Made by a program: the position numbers and the translations under genes. Shown here piece by piece: positions 37,203 to 50,300 of a DNA stretch of 64,000 nucleotides; positions within the stretch are counted from its first letter, which is position 1; each line of letters begins with the position of its first letter. Under the pieces are notes generated by a model. That model searched no databases. It worked only from the letters and a program-made list of their open reading frames with translations, and was not told the origin of the DNA. Origin of the DNA: Tubiluchus corallicola. Lineage: Eukaryota > Animalia > Priapulida. Location: positions 186,001 to 250,000 of the forward strand of contig JAQGDQ010000034.1 of the NCBI GenBank assembly GCA_030141605.1. Direction: 5' to 3'.

Positions 37203-39343
37203 TCCTTCCCAACTTTAACACTGTTAGTTTGGTTCAGTCAGAAATTGATTGTTGTAAATCGTGTGAGAATTCTAAAGAATCATTGTAAAGTTTCTCACAG
37301 ACGATATTTGAACCTTAAGATCAATTTTTCAATTAAATTTTGTGTGATATTTGTGCATCATCATAGTAATACTGATACAGTCTTATTTCAACAACTTTGC
37401 ATCTAAATGTAGTAAATTGTTTATAAACATGTGTTGAGTAAGTTAAAAAGAATATGTTATGTTTTTTTATTTGTCAATAACATAGCTGTCTCGCTTCTTA
37501 GTACTTGACGCTAAGCCCATCTTTGCTTTCTAATTGCATCTCTGCTGTCTAATTGCATGATCTTGGTAACCATGGGAACCGTGCACCTTCATGAGTTTTG
37601 TTGATCGCTTCCTCTGTTGTTTGTATACAAAACTGCTCAAAGAAGCCAAAGCGAAAATAGTTTTCCTGGTTTGTTATATCGATTGAAATGCACGTATATA
37701 ACATTTTTCCAGAATCTCATAAACTGTAAACTGGTTATTGCGCTGCAAGAAGTATCCAAAAAGATTGTGAAGAAGTTTGCTATCTTCTGAATGTGCAAAA
37801 ATTATAGACCAACAGGGGCAGATTGTTATAGCATAATATGAGGAAATTAAGCAGGTCTGCCGGGAACATTGTCAAAAATCGGTTTTCATATTTTGCAAAC
37901 CAGAACAGTCTTTTACCTATATTTTGTATATTAAATCAATACTTTTATGAGCTTAGAACTCATCATTTCCTAATTAAATTATATGTTAATATTGGGAAAA
38001 GCAGTGTTAGTGTTGCTAAGTTGTCAAAAATCAAGTATTGACGTACATAAGCCCATTTTAGGGCACTGTCAAAAAATATGACAAAATGAAAAGAACTTGA
38101 CAAGAAGCAAGATGACAGACAAGAATTTTATATGCGTTAAGTGTCATATTTGTCCTGTTCTCGCTGCTGCTGAGATCACTGCCACTGTTGTGTGTGCAAA
38201 CGTGGCACGAGAAATGTCACATCGCTAAATCGTGTGATTGATTTTTAATTTTAGAACTACGACGAGATATTTCGGTTGGCATTTTAACTTATATCTCATT
38301 GGTCTCCCTCAGCACACAGCAGATATCTTACCAAGTACGAACTCTAGACGCTGCTGCTTAAGGAGGGGGGGGCAAGTATCTGCACAAACGTTTTATCTTA
38401 ACACTAGCAAGCACAATTTCCATGGAACCAACAAGTGCCTTAACCAGTTTAAAATTGGTTAATATAAAATTTCAAGTGTTTGCCAGTTAGTAAAATTTAA
38501 ATCTTATAGTCTGGTTAACTGGTTTTATGATAATTAAATGATGATTTATCTCTATACTTTGTCTAATCTCTTCCGAGGCTAAAAAATCAAAATTGCATCT
38601 TACATTATCTCTATTATCATTAATGGTGTTACTAACCACTAAGTGTTATACTTAGTATTCCCATTTTGTAGGGTTAAAAGTGTGAAACATAATATGTTTT
38701 TTATGTAATCTGCACATTTGATGACATTTTAAGAAATCTGAATTGGTTGTGAAAAGCTAAAACAATTTAACCGTACACGCCACCATTGTGCAGTATGCAC
38801 TTTTCTTAAACGTTACTCACTGCTGCTGATGGGCTGGTGATGAAGAAATCTGAATCAGCGTCTTAACTTACTCTACTGTTGTTTAACGTACTCTAGATAC
38901 AGCTGCTGATTCACACCAAAGATCAACTTACACATATTTCACATGATGCAGATTGCAACAGCTGCTGGTTATCATAATAAGCCAATTAAAATGTATTTAT
39001 TAGTAGGTAGCCAGAACGAAAGTGGTGTGCAATATGGCGCCAGGGTTGTTGGCTTTGTTGTAAACTGTTGTTTGCGCAGTAACATTTATAGATGATCATA
39101 TTTGAGAACTTCATTCTTTTCAATTTTGATTTTTCTTTCACAGTGAACACAATTGAGAGTTTGCTGCTTGGCTGTTACTAACAGCCTGCATTTCTAATAC
39201 TTGAAGCACTGGGCTCAGCGGAATCTAGCACATAGCTGAGTGGATAATCTGATAATCTGACACCGTTAATACAGCTTGGACACTGTGCGTTACCTTTTTG
39301 GCACCAAGTGTTTGTGGTGTATTAGCAACAGTCACGGAAAATT

Positions 39344-42300
39344 ATGGAAGAAATGATGGTTGAACCGGAGGCCGGTGGTGAGGAGCAACATCAGGCGGAC
39401 AATATCAAAATTAATGGAGGTACAAAGTCGTAAATTTATTATTATTATTATTATTATTATTTATTATTATTATTTTTTAATACAGATTGTCTAACAGGGA
39501 AAGTGGAAATGTGTCCCTTGGAAGTAATGTGTTACTGATTGGAAGTGCCAGTTGATTTCCTTCCTGAAGCAGTTGGTCCCTTAATTAACAGGAAAACATG
39601 TTTCTGGTAAAGAACCATGCCTAATATGCATACCTGCATCAGAAAACTAGATTTAAAGGCAGCCTTTCTGAATCTAGGAAGCTTTATGGTGAAAATGTTA
39701 GAATCAGCAGCAAAATGGGTTTTAGGACCAAAATGTTGGTATTTTGGGAGGTACTGCCGTTAGACAATACAAGAAACGTTAAATATCACAAGTAGCTGTG
39801 AAACGCGTTTTGTATTTTCAAAACTTTGCAGAATGCCAGTTGTCTCTCCCACTATCACTGACTTGCTGCTACGACCGCCTTGTTAAAAGCTTGTAGCATC
39901 CCGCAGAAAAACAGGTTCCTCTTTTAAACAGAGGTCGAATGCATAAAAAACAACAGCTGACCCATGGCGAGTAAACAGCCTGGGAATTAATGTGAGTAAT
40001 TTGCATGAAATATCTATTGTGCTAAAACAATGGGTCCATGTTCCATGTATCCTGAAAACAATAAGTGGAGATTGTTGACCTGAAATTGGTAAAATACTCA
40101 AATTACTCATCCAGTATGTTGTACAGCAGAGCGTGTCGAACTTCAATAAAAAAATTATGTTAAAAGTTGACATCTATACCACAGTAATTTGGTGAATAAA
40201 TAGGCAGACAAAATTCACAATTACGCGAGAAATGCTTTCTCCGAATTTCTGTAGTCAAGCAGCAAGGTAGTAACCAATATTTTTTGGTTTATATAAGTAC
40301 TTTCCCGTTACTTTCTAAGTCTTTCCAGATAATGTTTGTAAAAAAAGTGAGTACATTAAATATATTTACATACTTGAGGGTGTTTGCAAGTAACACAGGC
40401 TTAATATTTTTTGGTTTATATAAGTACTTTCCGGTTATTTTCTAAGTTTTTCCAGATATTATTCCTAAAGTAAGTGAGTACGTTAAACATATTTACATTC
40501 TTGAGGGTTTTTGCAAGTTACACAGGCTCCATAGTTGCAAAGAAAAAACAATTTTATAATTGAATGATTAATTAAGACCTGATGGCCTAAAAGCTTTGTA
40601 GTCTGTTAAGAGATAGTTAATGCTGATACGTTGAGATGAGGAAGATCCTCATCTGGTTGTTGTGACCTTGTGAGGTCAAATGATCTGAATCGAGTAGCCA
40701 GTTGCGACCAAGAAAACATGCACAAGGCTGTTTGCGTTCCTACTAATGCTAACTACTAGAAATTTCTTGCTGAGGAAAGCGAACTCTTACTGCTGTTTCA
40801 TTTGGGATAGAAAAGTTTTATCGCTCTTGTGTCAATTGCTTTACGAAAGATCTGCACGTTACTGGTAATTTGAAACGGTAGGTTTTATGACCTGTGGTAA
40901 AACGAAAATTTAGCATACTAGTCTGATACAGTATCTACAGGATTGACAAGCATGTACAGGCTTGCCTTCCTCATCGGTCCAAGTAAATCCTGAGGTAACA
41001 CAGGAGTATTCAATTTGTGGATGAAGCTTTTTTAAAAGAAACTTTTTTAAATGGCAAAATTTGCATCGACTTCTGCAATACTTAGGAGGGGACGAAAAAT
41101 GAAAATTTTGTTCAGTTAATTTAAACCAGGATATTTATCAGTTGCAAATAAAGCGTTAAGACAAAACTGGAGATCTCTTATCCATGTTGACAAGTACAGT
41201 ATTTAGTCCAGTATTTATGTATTTATACAGTATACAGTAAACAGTGTTGCTCGCGACCCGTTTTTGCCTCATATTTTGTAACATGCATGGTGTTATCTAA
41301 GAAAAATGATTATGACATAAAGTTCTGCAAGACGAAAACTATACTTTCTCTCACGCCTGGGTTTGGTTTGTTACATTTAACGGAAAACTTATCTCCGGCA
41401 ACCACAGCGTGTGCCATCCAGCCCCCTTTCGATATCCAACACGTTGTCCGCTACTTTATCTACCCATACACCAGTGTCAATAATTCGCTTACTTTCCACA
41501 AAATGCCATTATGAGCTTTCAACTGCTCAAGGATATCTACATATTGTTAGTAAGAAGATTGTACATATGCAGACATAAACATGTAAGAGTTATACCAGTG
41601 GTATATTTCAGTCTTCAACCAGACGACCGGTTTAGTTTATTTACTCAAGCATAATTTCAGTTATCAGTCAAAGTAAACGCCGCCTTGTATTAGGTTGGTG
41701 ATCGAATCAATATTGATTCTGGTTGGATCAGTAGCTATCAGTGTTGTTGTCTTGTGACTCAATGTGCTCAACGTCAATATTCAGGCCCGCTTGTCTATAT
41801 ATTAGGATAGAATGACTGCACAGTTAAGGCACGTCCATATTCTAATATCTGGTCATGGTAACTAGCAAATTGTTCACGTGTGTGCAGACGTTTGACGGGT
41901 AAATTACACGCGTCTCTATGTAGAGCAGCAACCGTGACAAACTGGATTTTCCCATTCTGTGTAGTTCCTGTGTAATACCATTGATGGCACTGGCTTGCAA
42001 TGCATGCTGTAGTTCATCTGATAAACCGCAAGAGGTGTTGATTTAAAGATGTTTGACAATGTATTTATCATTATCTTAGCTGACCAGTGGGCGTGCAAAA
42101 GTAGAAAAGCGGTATTAATATGAACAGATTCGTTTAGTCACTACGTTATGGCTGCTGCTATACCACAACCTATATTACGAAAATAAATGATTTCCAGTTT
42201 CAACGCTTTATTTTCAGCCATTGTTATCGAGGTTTGAATTAATTGAACAAAATCTTTCATTTTTGTACCCGAGCGTCTGGTGATTTACAAACATTTTTGG

Positions 42301-42848
42301 TACGACGCGTACACTTCATGATCTTTCATTTAGTAAGCAGTTTAAAAAATAATAAATTAAACAGCTCTAATTAATCAACTAATTAACAAAGGGATTGCTC
42401 TTAAATGCTTTTGTTTTGAACCAAATACGTCCTGACTAATCGTCCTACCAAATTCAACTGGATAAATACATTTGGAGTTATAGTAGTTTATTCCACCATC
42501 TCAAGCAAATTGCATTACAAAATGCAAGATACAGCTAGTATACGTAATCATATACATAAAGCTTCTGCGGAATTATGAGTGGGGAGAAGCGAGAATGTAG
42601 AGATTAGTACAATGAAAAGTGAGTGAGGTGCTGAAAGCCTGAAGGGATGGTAGTAGTGGTATAACAATGGTGCTTCGGAATAATTTCAAACAAGGAAAAC
42701 AATGTTAATTTAAAAAATAAATCGTTCACCTATTATGTGCTATATGTAACTGCTGCCGAAGAAGAGAAATTGGACTCAAAAGGTAGTATATAAGAAATCT
42801 ACATTTTTTTCGTTATTCGCGATTTAAATTTGCTAATGGTGGTTATCT

Positions 42849-42905
<57 letters not shown>

Positions 42906-44264
42906 CGTTCGTGCATGCGTGCGTGCGTGAGAGAGAGAGAGAGAGAGAGAGTTAAAAAAGTGTGACAGACAGTGAGGAAATCGCAGAATCACCAGATTTT
43001 GTTTAGGACCCAAGCTGACGGCGTCTAATAACGTGTATTGTAAAATATCTGACCTATATATATATATATATATAATACTAAGTACACGCGTAGGGTATAA
43101 TTAAAAAATTACAAAATGTTCTTTACGATATGTCCGAACCTTCCAAATACGTCACGCCAGCTAACACACCACAAGTAATTAATGATCTGTGCATTTAGAC
43201 CAGTGGTTCCCAACCGGGGGTACGCGTACCCCCTGGGGGTACGCAACAGCAATGCCAGGGGTACGCAGAAGGTGTGTCAGTGTGGCGATGCCCTGTCACT
43301 TCGCCCAAGTTTCAGAGCTAATTATTTATAATTTACTTGTAATATCGAAAATCGTAAAACAGTCAAACTTGCCACAAAAATTTGTATATTGATATCTTCT
43401 GTATTACACAACTTGCGGTGTGAAACAAAAACTTCTATGACAATTTCACAAACAAAGACGCTAACGAACTTTTTTATAACACTAGTAATCTAAACAAGCA
43501 TGTCCGCCCTTTTACACTCGTCTTCTGCTGACTCGTGCGCGCCGAAACAATACCTGGTCACGTGACCATTCTGATTGCCTGATTTCCTTGTATTGATGTT
43601 TTCATATTCGAGAAAGTTGTTCAAATTACGTATTTCTTAATAATCAGTGATAAAATTCATGTTTTCAAAAAAAGTTAAAATAAAAAAATGTCGATAATAT
43701 TAATCGTTGTTTTCTGGAAACTGGTTTTTCAAACGATTTGTTGAAAAATATCAGGTGGGGGTACGCTGAAGATCGCCACATTTAGAAGGGGTACTTGGCA
43801 AGGAAAAGGTTGGGAACTACTGATTTAGACTGTATTACGTCTTGAGTTCTGGAAAGTCTTGGAAAGAGACATGTTGCAAGAACCTGGAGCCTTGAAAATT
43901 ATTGGCGTTGCGTCTTTGATCTCATTACGTACCGCCTGTGAACCATATCGATGACTCATGTTTTAAAAACACTACGCATTATTATTAAAATCTGGTCAAT
44001 TTTATTACTCCTTAATAGTTTTTCGCTCTTCCGGAATTGGAGCGTTCGGTTTATGGGGTGTTTAAAAATGCAAGTTTTCCGTCGCTAAGCAACGGTGATG
44101 GATTTCTATGAGTCGCGGAATGCAATAAAATCTTTATTTCAAAACTATTGTCAGGAAGTGGTCCTCAACACCATAGATTTGCTGCTGGTTACCAAGTTTA
44201 CGGTGTGGGTGTAATTGAGTTCCATGTTGATTTACGACCTTTTTAGGGGTTGAAATTCGAAAGT

Positions 44265-44321
<57 letters not shown>

Positions 44322-47300
44322 CTCTCTCCTCTCTCTCTCCCCCCTCTCTCTCTCATTCTCACTTTCTTTCTTCTATCTCTTACTTCTTTCTCTGTCTGTC
44401 TTTCTCTTCCACTGTGCCGTTCATTGTGCTCTCTCTCTCTCTTGTTGCCATTCACTCTATCAGCTCCTTATCGTCTTCATCATCGGTCACGGCACCTTCT
44501 TATGCGTTATTAATAATTAGGCATTTTCTTGTACAATTAACCCAGGAAACGTACAAAGATTTTTCACATAAATAATGCCAGTGAATATTTCGGAACGTTT
44601 CAATGCATATATCCGACTTCTACGTTTCTTAATTAATGTAAATTATGTAATTTGCGATGACGCATTTACTGTTTGGACAGTAGTATTGAGCTTCTACAGT
44701 ACAGGATGCGTAGCTAAACTCTACGTATTTGTAGGTACATTAGGTGTAAGAAATTAGAACCTTTAAAAATTTTGTCTTCTCTGGTACTCGAACTCAGAAT
44801 TTTCGCAGCCATGAATCAGTTCTTAATGACTGTAAGCATTTTATATGATTTACTGGGCTTTCGTATCTGAGAAATATAAGCACTTAAAATCGTTTGTAAA
44901 TTGTTCAAATGTCAGTGTGGTGTCTTTATCGAGGCCTCATTTCTTTAGTTTTCTGTGTTGCGGTCATGACATGGGAAAACCCCCATTTCTTTCCTATGAG
45001 CGATGATTTTTATTTCGTTTTTCATAGCACTGAATCTGTTAATGGAATCACAGGTTGTAAAACTGCTGTTTTAATCATTTTATAGACTCAGCACAATTGC
45101 CCAGGGCTGTTGCGTACGTCACATTACGCATTAATTTATTATCCGCGTAATAAAAGCAACAATTTGTCTTTGACAACTCAGGGCGGTAACATTTGTGTTG
45201 AGGGCGTGGCGCTATTACTATTTTATGATTTCGGTTGATCTTAGAGTGTGTTAGACTTTAATGTGAGTATCACTGAAATTCGTCGCTTCATCCTACCGCT
45301 CTAATTGGAAACGTAGGGTGCCGGCATTTGTGAATGGAACCCCCCGCCTAATGTGAAAATGAATAGTCTCATTAATATTAATTTAACAATAACATCGGCT
45401 ACTGCTCGTTGGTACGCTTAATTAGCCTTGTGGTAATTAGGCTTGGTGTGTACAAATTACAACCAGTGTTCTGCAGCGAAACTGAAAATGTCAATGTCTT
45501 TTTGAACGATGTTGTTTGAATATTGTGATTTTTTGCTAATTCGGTAGTGACTTTTATAGATTAAATGATTCCTGGATTAGTAGGTACAGTTCAGTACAAA
45601 ATAGGTTCCTAATTGTAGCACATATTTTTTGAAATAATATTGGTATGATGATGATTGGATGTTGATGATGGTGGTGGTGATGGTGATGGTGATGATGACT
45701 GATAAAAATGGTGGTAGTGACAACAATGTCAGCATTGTTAGCCATGGCAATAATCTTGGTAGTACTTAAATATTGTTATTTAGGGTTAGACAAAATTGGA
45801 TGCTGCTTTTCACCAGAACTGTAAACGGCTGTGCCAAAACGCCAGAGAAAACTAAGATTTATTAAACTTATTATCACCTGGCTTTTCTTTCTATTTCACT
45901 AGATACTTAGATAACTCCATTTTATTTGCCCTCTTTTAGTTTGTAGCTCTGATTACGAGCTTTGTCGTTCATAATTGTGGGGCCCAGTGAGGATGATGTT
46001 AATTTTAATTTTCCTTACATTAAGCAGGCAAATTTCATGGATATTTAACCAAGTCTTACATGTAAATCAAACTCCCTGCAGGGGTCCTCATAGTTGCTAG
46101 CTTGTAGTATCGCATGTGGCATGTGCTTCATTTGCAATTCATTGCCAATAAATAGGACCTGGAGGCTGTTATTGCAGTTATTGTATAAGGCCAGTAATGT
46201 AGTCTAATACATGTACGGCTCTTATGGCTGAAGTGGAGGATTTGAGTGGCGGCTCCAGAATAGACTTATATTTCTATATGTCGTAGGCTGAGCTGAGCTT
46301 ACTTGTGGGGTTTAAATATATACAGAATACATCGTAATTAGCTTTTAAAAGTTACCTGTAGCGTAATTTTACACTGAATTGGTAAATGTTATATCTTGCT
46401 GTAGCTTAGTATTGATGATTAATTAGTTCAATCAAATTAATGGTCAAAATAGAACATTAGATTCATTCTGGACCTAGCCACATGTATTTATTAAGGCTTG
46501 ACATGGATGTTAGTGACCTCTAGCGGTAACACTTGATAACATCTGTATTAGAGACTAAATTAGGAATAGCTTCGGTTGATGAGAGAGTGACTCATACTTG
46601 GCAGTGAAGCAGGAGTGGATGACTCACCGCTGCGGACACCTCTTTTACAATACCACTGACAAAACTTGCTGCTGCCGCCGTTTCTGTTTACTGCCGCTAG
46701 GGGAATAGAGTTTCTTGTAGCCCAGTTCTCGATGGGGTGAAATTATCTGTGTTTAACAGGAGGAAAACAGCGCCTGTGATTTGTCTGTAACAAGGCCAGA
46801 CTGTACTGCATTGATTGGCGCTAGTTATACGCAGTGTGTGTTCAGACCTCTGAGTGAATTATTGTGGGCTTTCAAAAAGGAATTGTGTCCGTGAATCACC
46901 GAACTGTCGCATTAGATTTGTCGCTAACAGCCAATGTAGCCCCAGTTTAATTTTGTTCTTGTAATAAATGTTATTTGCAGCTTAGTAACAACCAGAATGG
47001 GGATTTGTGACGTCAGTTATGACATCATGTTATTTCAGCCACAAAAGCTGTCAAAATTCTAACAGGACTTTATGTTACATTATACGTTAAGTAGTGGGCT
47101 TTCGGGAGACTGATTTAAAGAGCTTAGTTAACAGAAATGAAAGGAGGGTAATGGTGCGTGTCTGTGGTGGGGTGGGGGTGCAGGGGAAGCTTCCAGGAAT
47201 TGCTAGGAATGTAAATGCTTGTAGCTGTAAAAGCCCCGCGTAGAGACTTAAATTCCGATGTTTGCATGTCCAGAAGCTGCTGCTAATCATCATTACCTTC

Positions 47301-50300
47301 AGACCATATTCCAGTATCAAGTTATCTATTGGTAGCCACATGTGTTCTGCTTGAAATTTCATTAACATCCACGGTTTAGTGGTTTCTACGACGATCTAGA
47401 GGGACTGTGAAACTTATTTACAGCGCATTATAGCAGGAATAAGTGACGTGCTTGGACCTGACTAGACAATTTCCTAACAGTATCCCTGGGTGTTTGATGA
47501 AGGCCTTGAATTGTTGCTAGGACGCGGCTTCAGAAATGTCAAATGTATAAGCGACACATTTAGTTGACTGGACTTTACAAGTGTTTGAGAACCTACTGAT
47601 TTTCAATCTTGATATAAGAGTTGTCAAAATTACAATTGTAATTTAGTGCTAAGTAGATTCTTGTTATATGTATAGAGTGTATGCAGTTTACGTGTACTGT
47701 CACTTGCAAGCTGAAAAGCAACAGTCACCAACATCACTTTCACAAAATATGATATATGTATAGATCAAATATAAGCTATCGTGGATTTCCTCGACGACAT
47801 TTTTCTCTAGGTCACGAAAGGTCAGAGTCAGAGTCTTGCTACTTAGAAGGTAGCCAACTTTCTTGTGAAAATTAATTTCAAATTAATTTTTTGTGCCAAT
47901 TTTGCTTCTGTAGCGCCAGCAAACTCTAACGACGTTCGAACGTTCACTAAATTAGCATAGCTGCCCGGAAAGCAGCTGGTCTTTGGTTCGAGTCCCAGTG
48001 GAGTGAAATGTTTTTCAAACTTTCTAATTTAGCATATTGCTTTCCTGCGTTTGTGATTTTAGTGTGGGTAAAATAACAGCTTCAGACTTCTGAAACGTAT
48101 GATGATAAAACTAAACCGACTTCCTGTCAGAGAGAAATTTCAGCTACAATGAATAATTGAATTTTGTAAAACTCATCTGTGGTGTAATTCCACAGGCTGT
48201 GATAATTTCTTCCTTCCGACAGTCGAGACGGACGGCGATAAATCTGGCTGTCTCAGCTTTTGTTATCACGTAGATGGTAATACAAGCTATACATTTCGAC
48301 TTAGTCAGGTTGGACGTTAGCTAGTAGTTTTAATTAATGTCCACCATTAATTTTCTGCTGTATCAGCCTAATCAGTTGTAATCACTTAACGTTAATTACC
48401 TAATACAGGATGTTGCTGCTGTACACGAAGGTGCTGTGTCAGACATTTTGGACTGAAATTGAATATTTACTACATCACGTAGGCACCAATGTGTGCTCTG
48501 TAGGCGGGCTTGTTGTTTATACACGGATACAGTCTGCACTTGTTGCATTCCAAACATTCTAATGCATCCGAGTGATATGCAGCACGTTGTTACCCTGGGT
48601 GTCACATTTCTCGCTATATGATTTGAGTCTCCTTGGAGCTGTTATTAAATAAATGAAAATGAAGTCGAGACTTTTATTTAAAACTTGCATTTGCTTTGGG
48701 CAATCGTCTGACATTCTGTCCGATCTGCTTTTGTATTTAGAGGAGGAGGATCTGTTTCAAAGTCACGGATACAATCTGCCTCCGAGAGCCCATGCTATCA
48801 ACTGTGTGATCCTCTTTTATTCTGCTGCCCTAGTTAATAAACTCGTTACTGGCTAGGAACAAAGTCTCATGAAAAAAGTCACAATTAATTTTGGCTACGG
48901 TGAGGGTTAGTGTTAGGGTTAAGGTTATTTTTTCCTGTGACTTTTTATCTGGATACTTTCAAAATTTTAAACCAAACTGAAGTGTCAGTAGTGAGTTTAT
49001 TAACTAGGGCAGCAGAGGATCAGGCAGTTCATAGCATCAGCTCTCGAAGGTGGAATGTCTCCGTCAAAGATAGGGTGATAGGGTTACGATGATGGTAGTT
49101 ACATCAGATATTGAAACACATGGTGCGTGGTAAACGGAAATCAGCCGCGGAGCAATGTTTGGCTTCTTCTAAACGCCGCGTGGTTTTCTCTTGAAGCCAA
49201 AGTACTGTTTCTTGTTAGCACCGCTGTTTCATGTCTGAGTCTTTCCTTTCGCTTTCTCTTTTTTCCGCCACCAGACACAAATGCACACGTGTTACGCACG
49301 TGATAGAAGTATCTGGAACTAACATAGTAGCTACAGCTCAATCCGGTTCTTTCTGCGTAATTCATGTGTCAACGCAGTCGATCACGTTGGAATAGCAAGC
49401 TTCTCTTCTTTTCCAGCTGAAGGGCAAATGTTTCATCATTTTTCCAACATTTGTCCACGATACTCGTGAAACTACACTGTGTCAATGAGCGATATAGATA
49501 ACCAACATACTGATTATTAATGTGTTTACTTTCGTGGTTAGAACTGTCACCCCCTCCCCGTCCTTCAGGCTACCCCAGTGATGCTTTAAATGCCAAGAAA
49601 CCATTGACATTAACAGGAGCAGCCGGTTAGCAGTGTTGCCCCCTCCTCTAGGTCACTCCAGTGAAACTTCTTGCATTATGGCTAAGTATCAAGGAACCGT
49701 TGACTGTCACAAGAGCACTAATACTTTAGCAAGCTAAGTCCAGTAAATTCCCTCTCGCTAGTATTGCATGCATTGTACGTCTTTGCCTTCATGTGAGAGG
49801 CCTACCAGTGGCTTGTCTGGTCCCATATAAGTTATTAAAAGTAGCTTGCGTTTAAGGTGTATCGTAGTAAAAGTAAGCTGCAACCATTCGCTATTCATTG
49901 ACTCCTCCCACCACTACCAATGTGCAATTTAAACTCACACCTCCCCTTTTGAAGTGTACGCTCTTGCCATCATCCTCCTCGTTTGAAACGTCAATTTCTG
50001 GCAGTTCTCCGTGGCTTCCTGCAAATAAATTTACCTTGTTTACCTGCTGTTCTGGCTGAGCGCGTAACTGGGACGACAGACACAAGGGGCTTTTGTCTCC
50101 TCTGACAGACATGGTTATCGATCTCTGCTTGCTGATCTTGTCAGAAGGCTTCCTGTACAATAGCTGTTCATATAGACCGCATCACAAGTCTGAGTTAGCA
50201 GTAGAGAACGGAACCAGAATTGGCTAGGAATCCGCCGGCTGTACTGCAATTTACATCTTGAGTTGTTTGAGTTAACGAAGTGTGACAAACTTTTTTCGGT

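Noticed and set aside
44250-44513. SLSL/ERER ORFs (also 53322-53721, 25024-25206, 45554-45745, 4673-4855)
   Set aside because: Translations of microsatellites.
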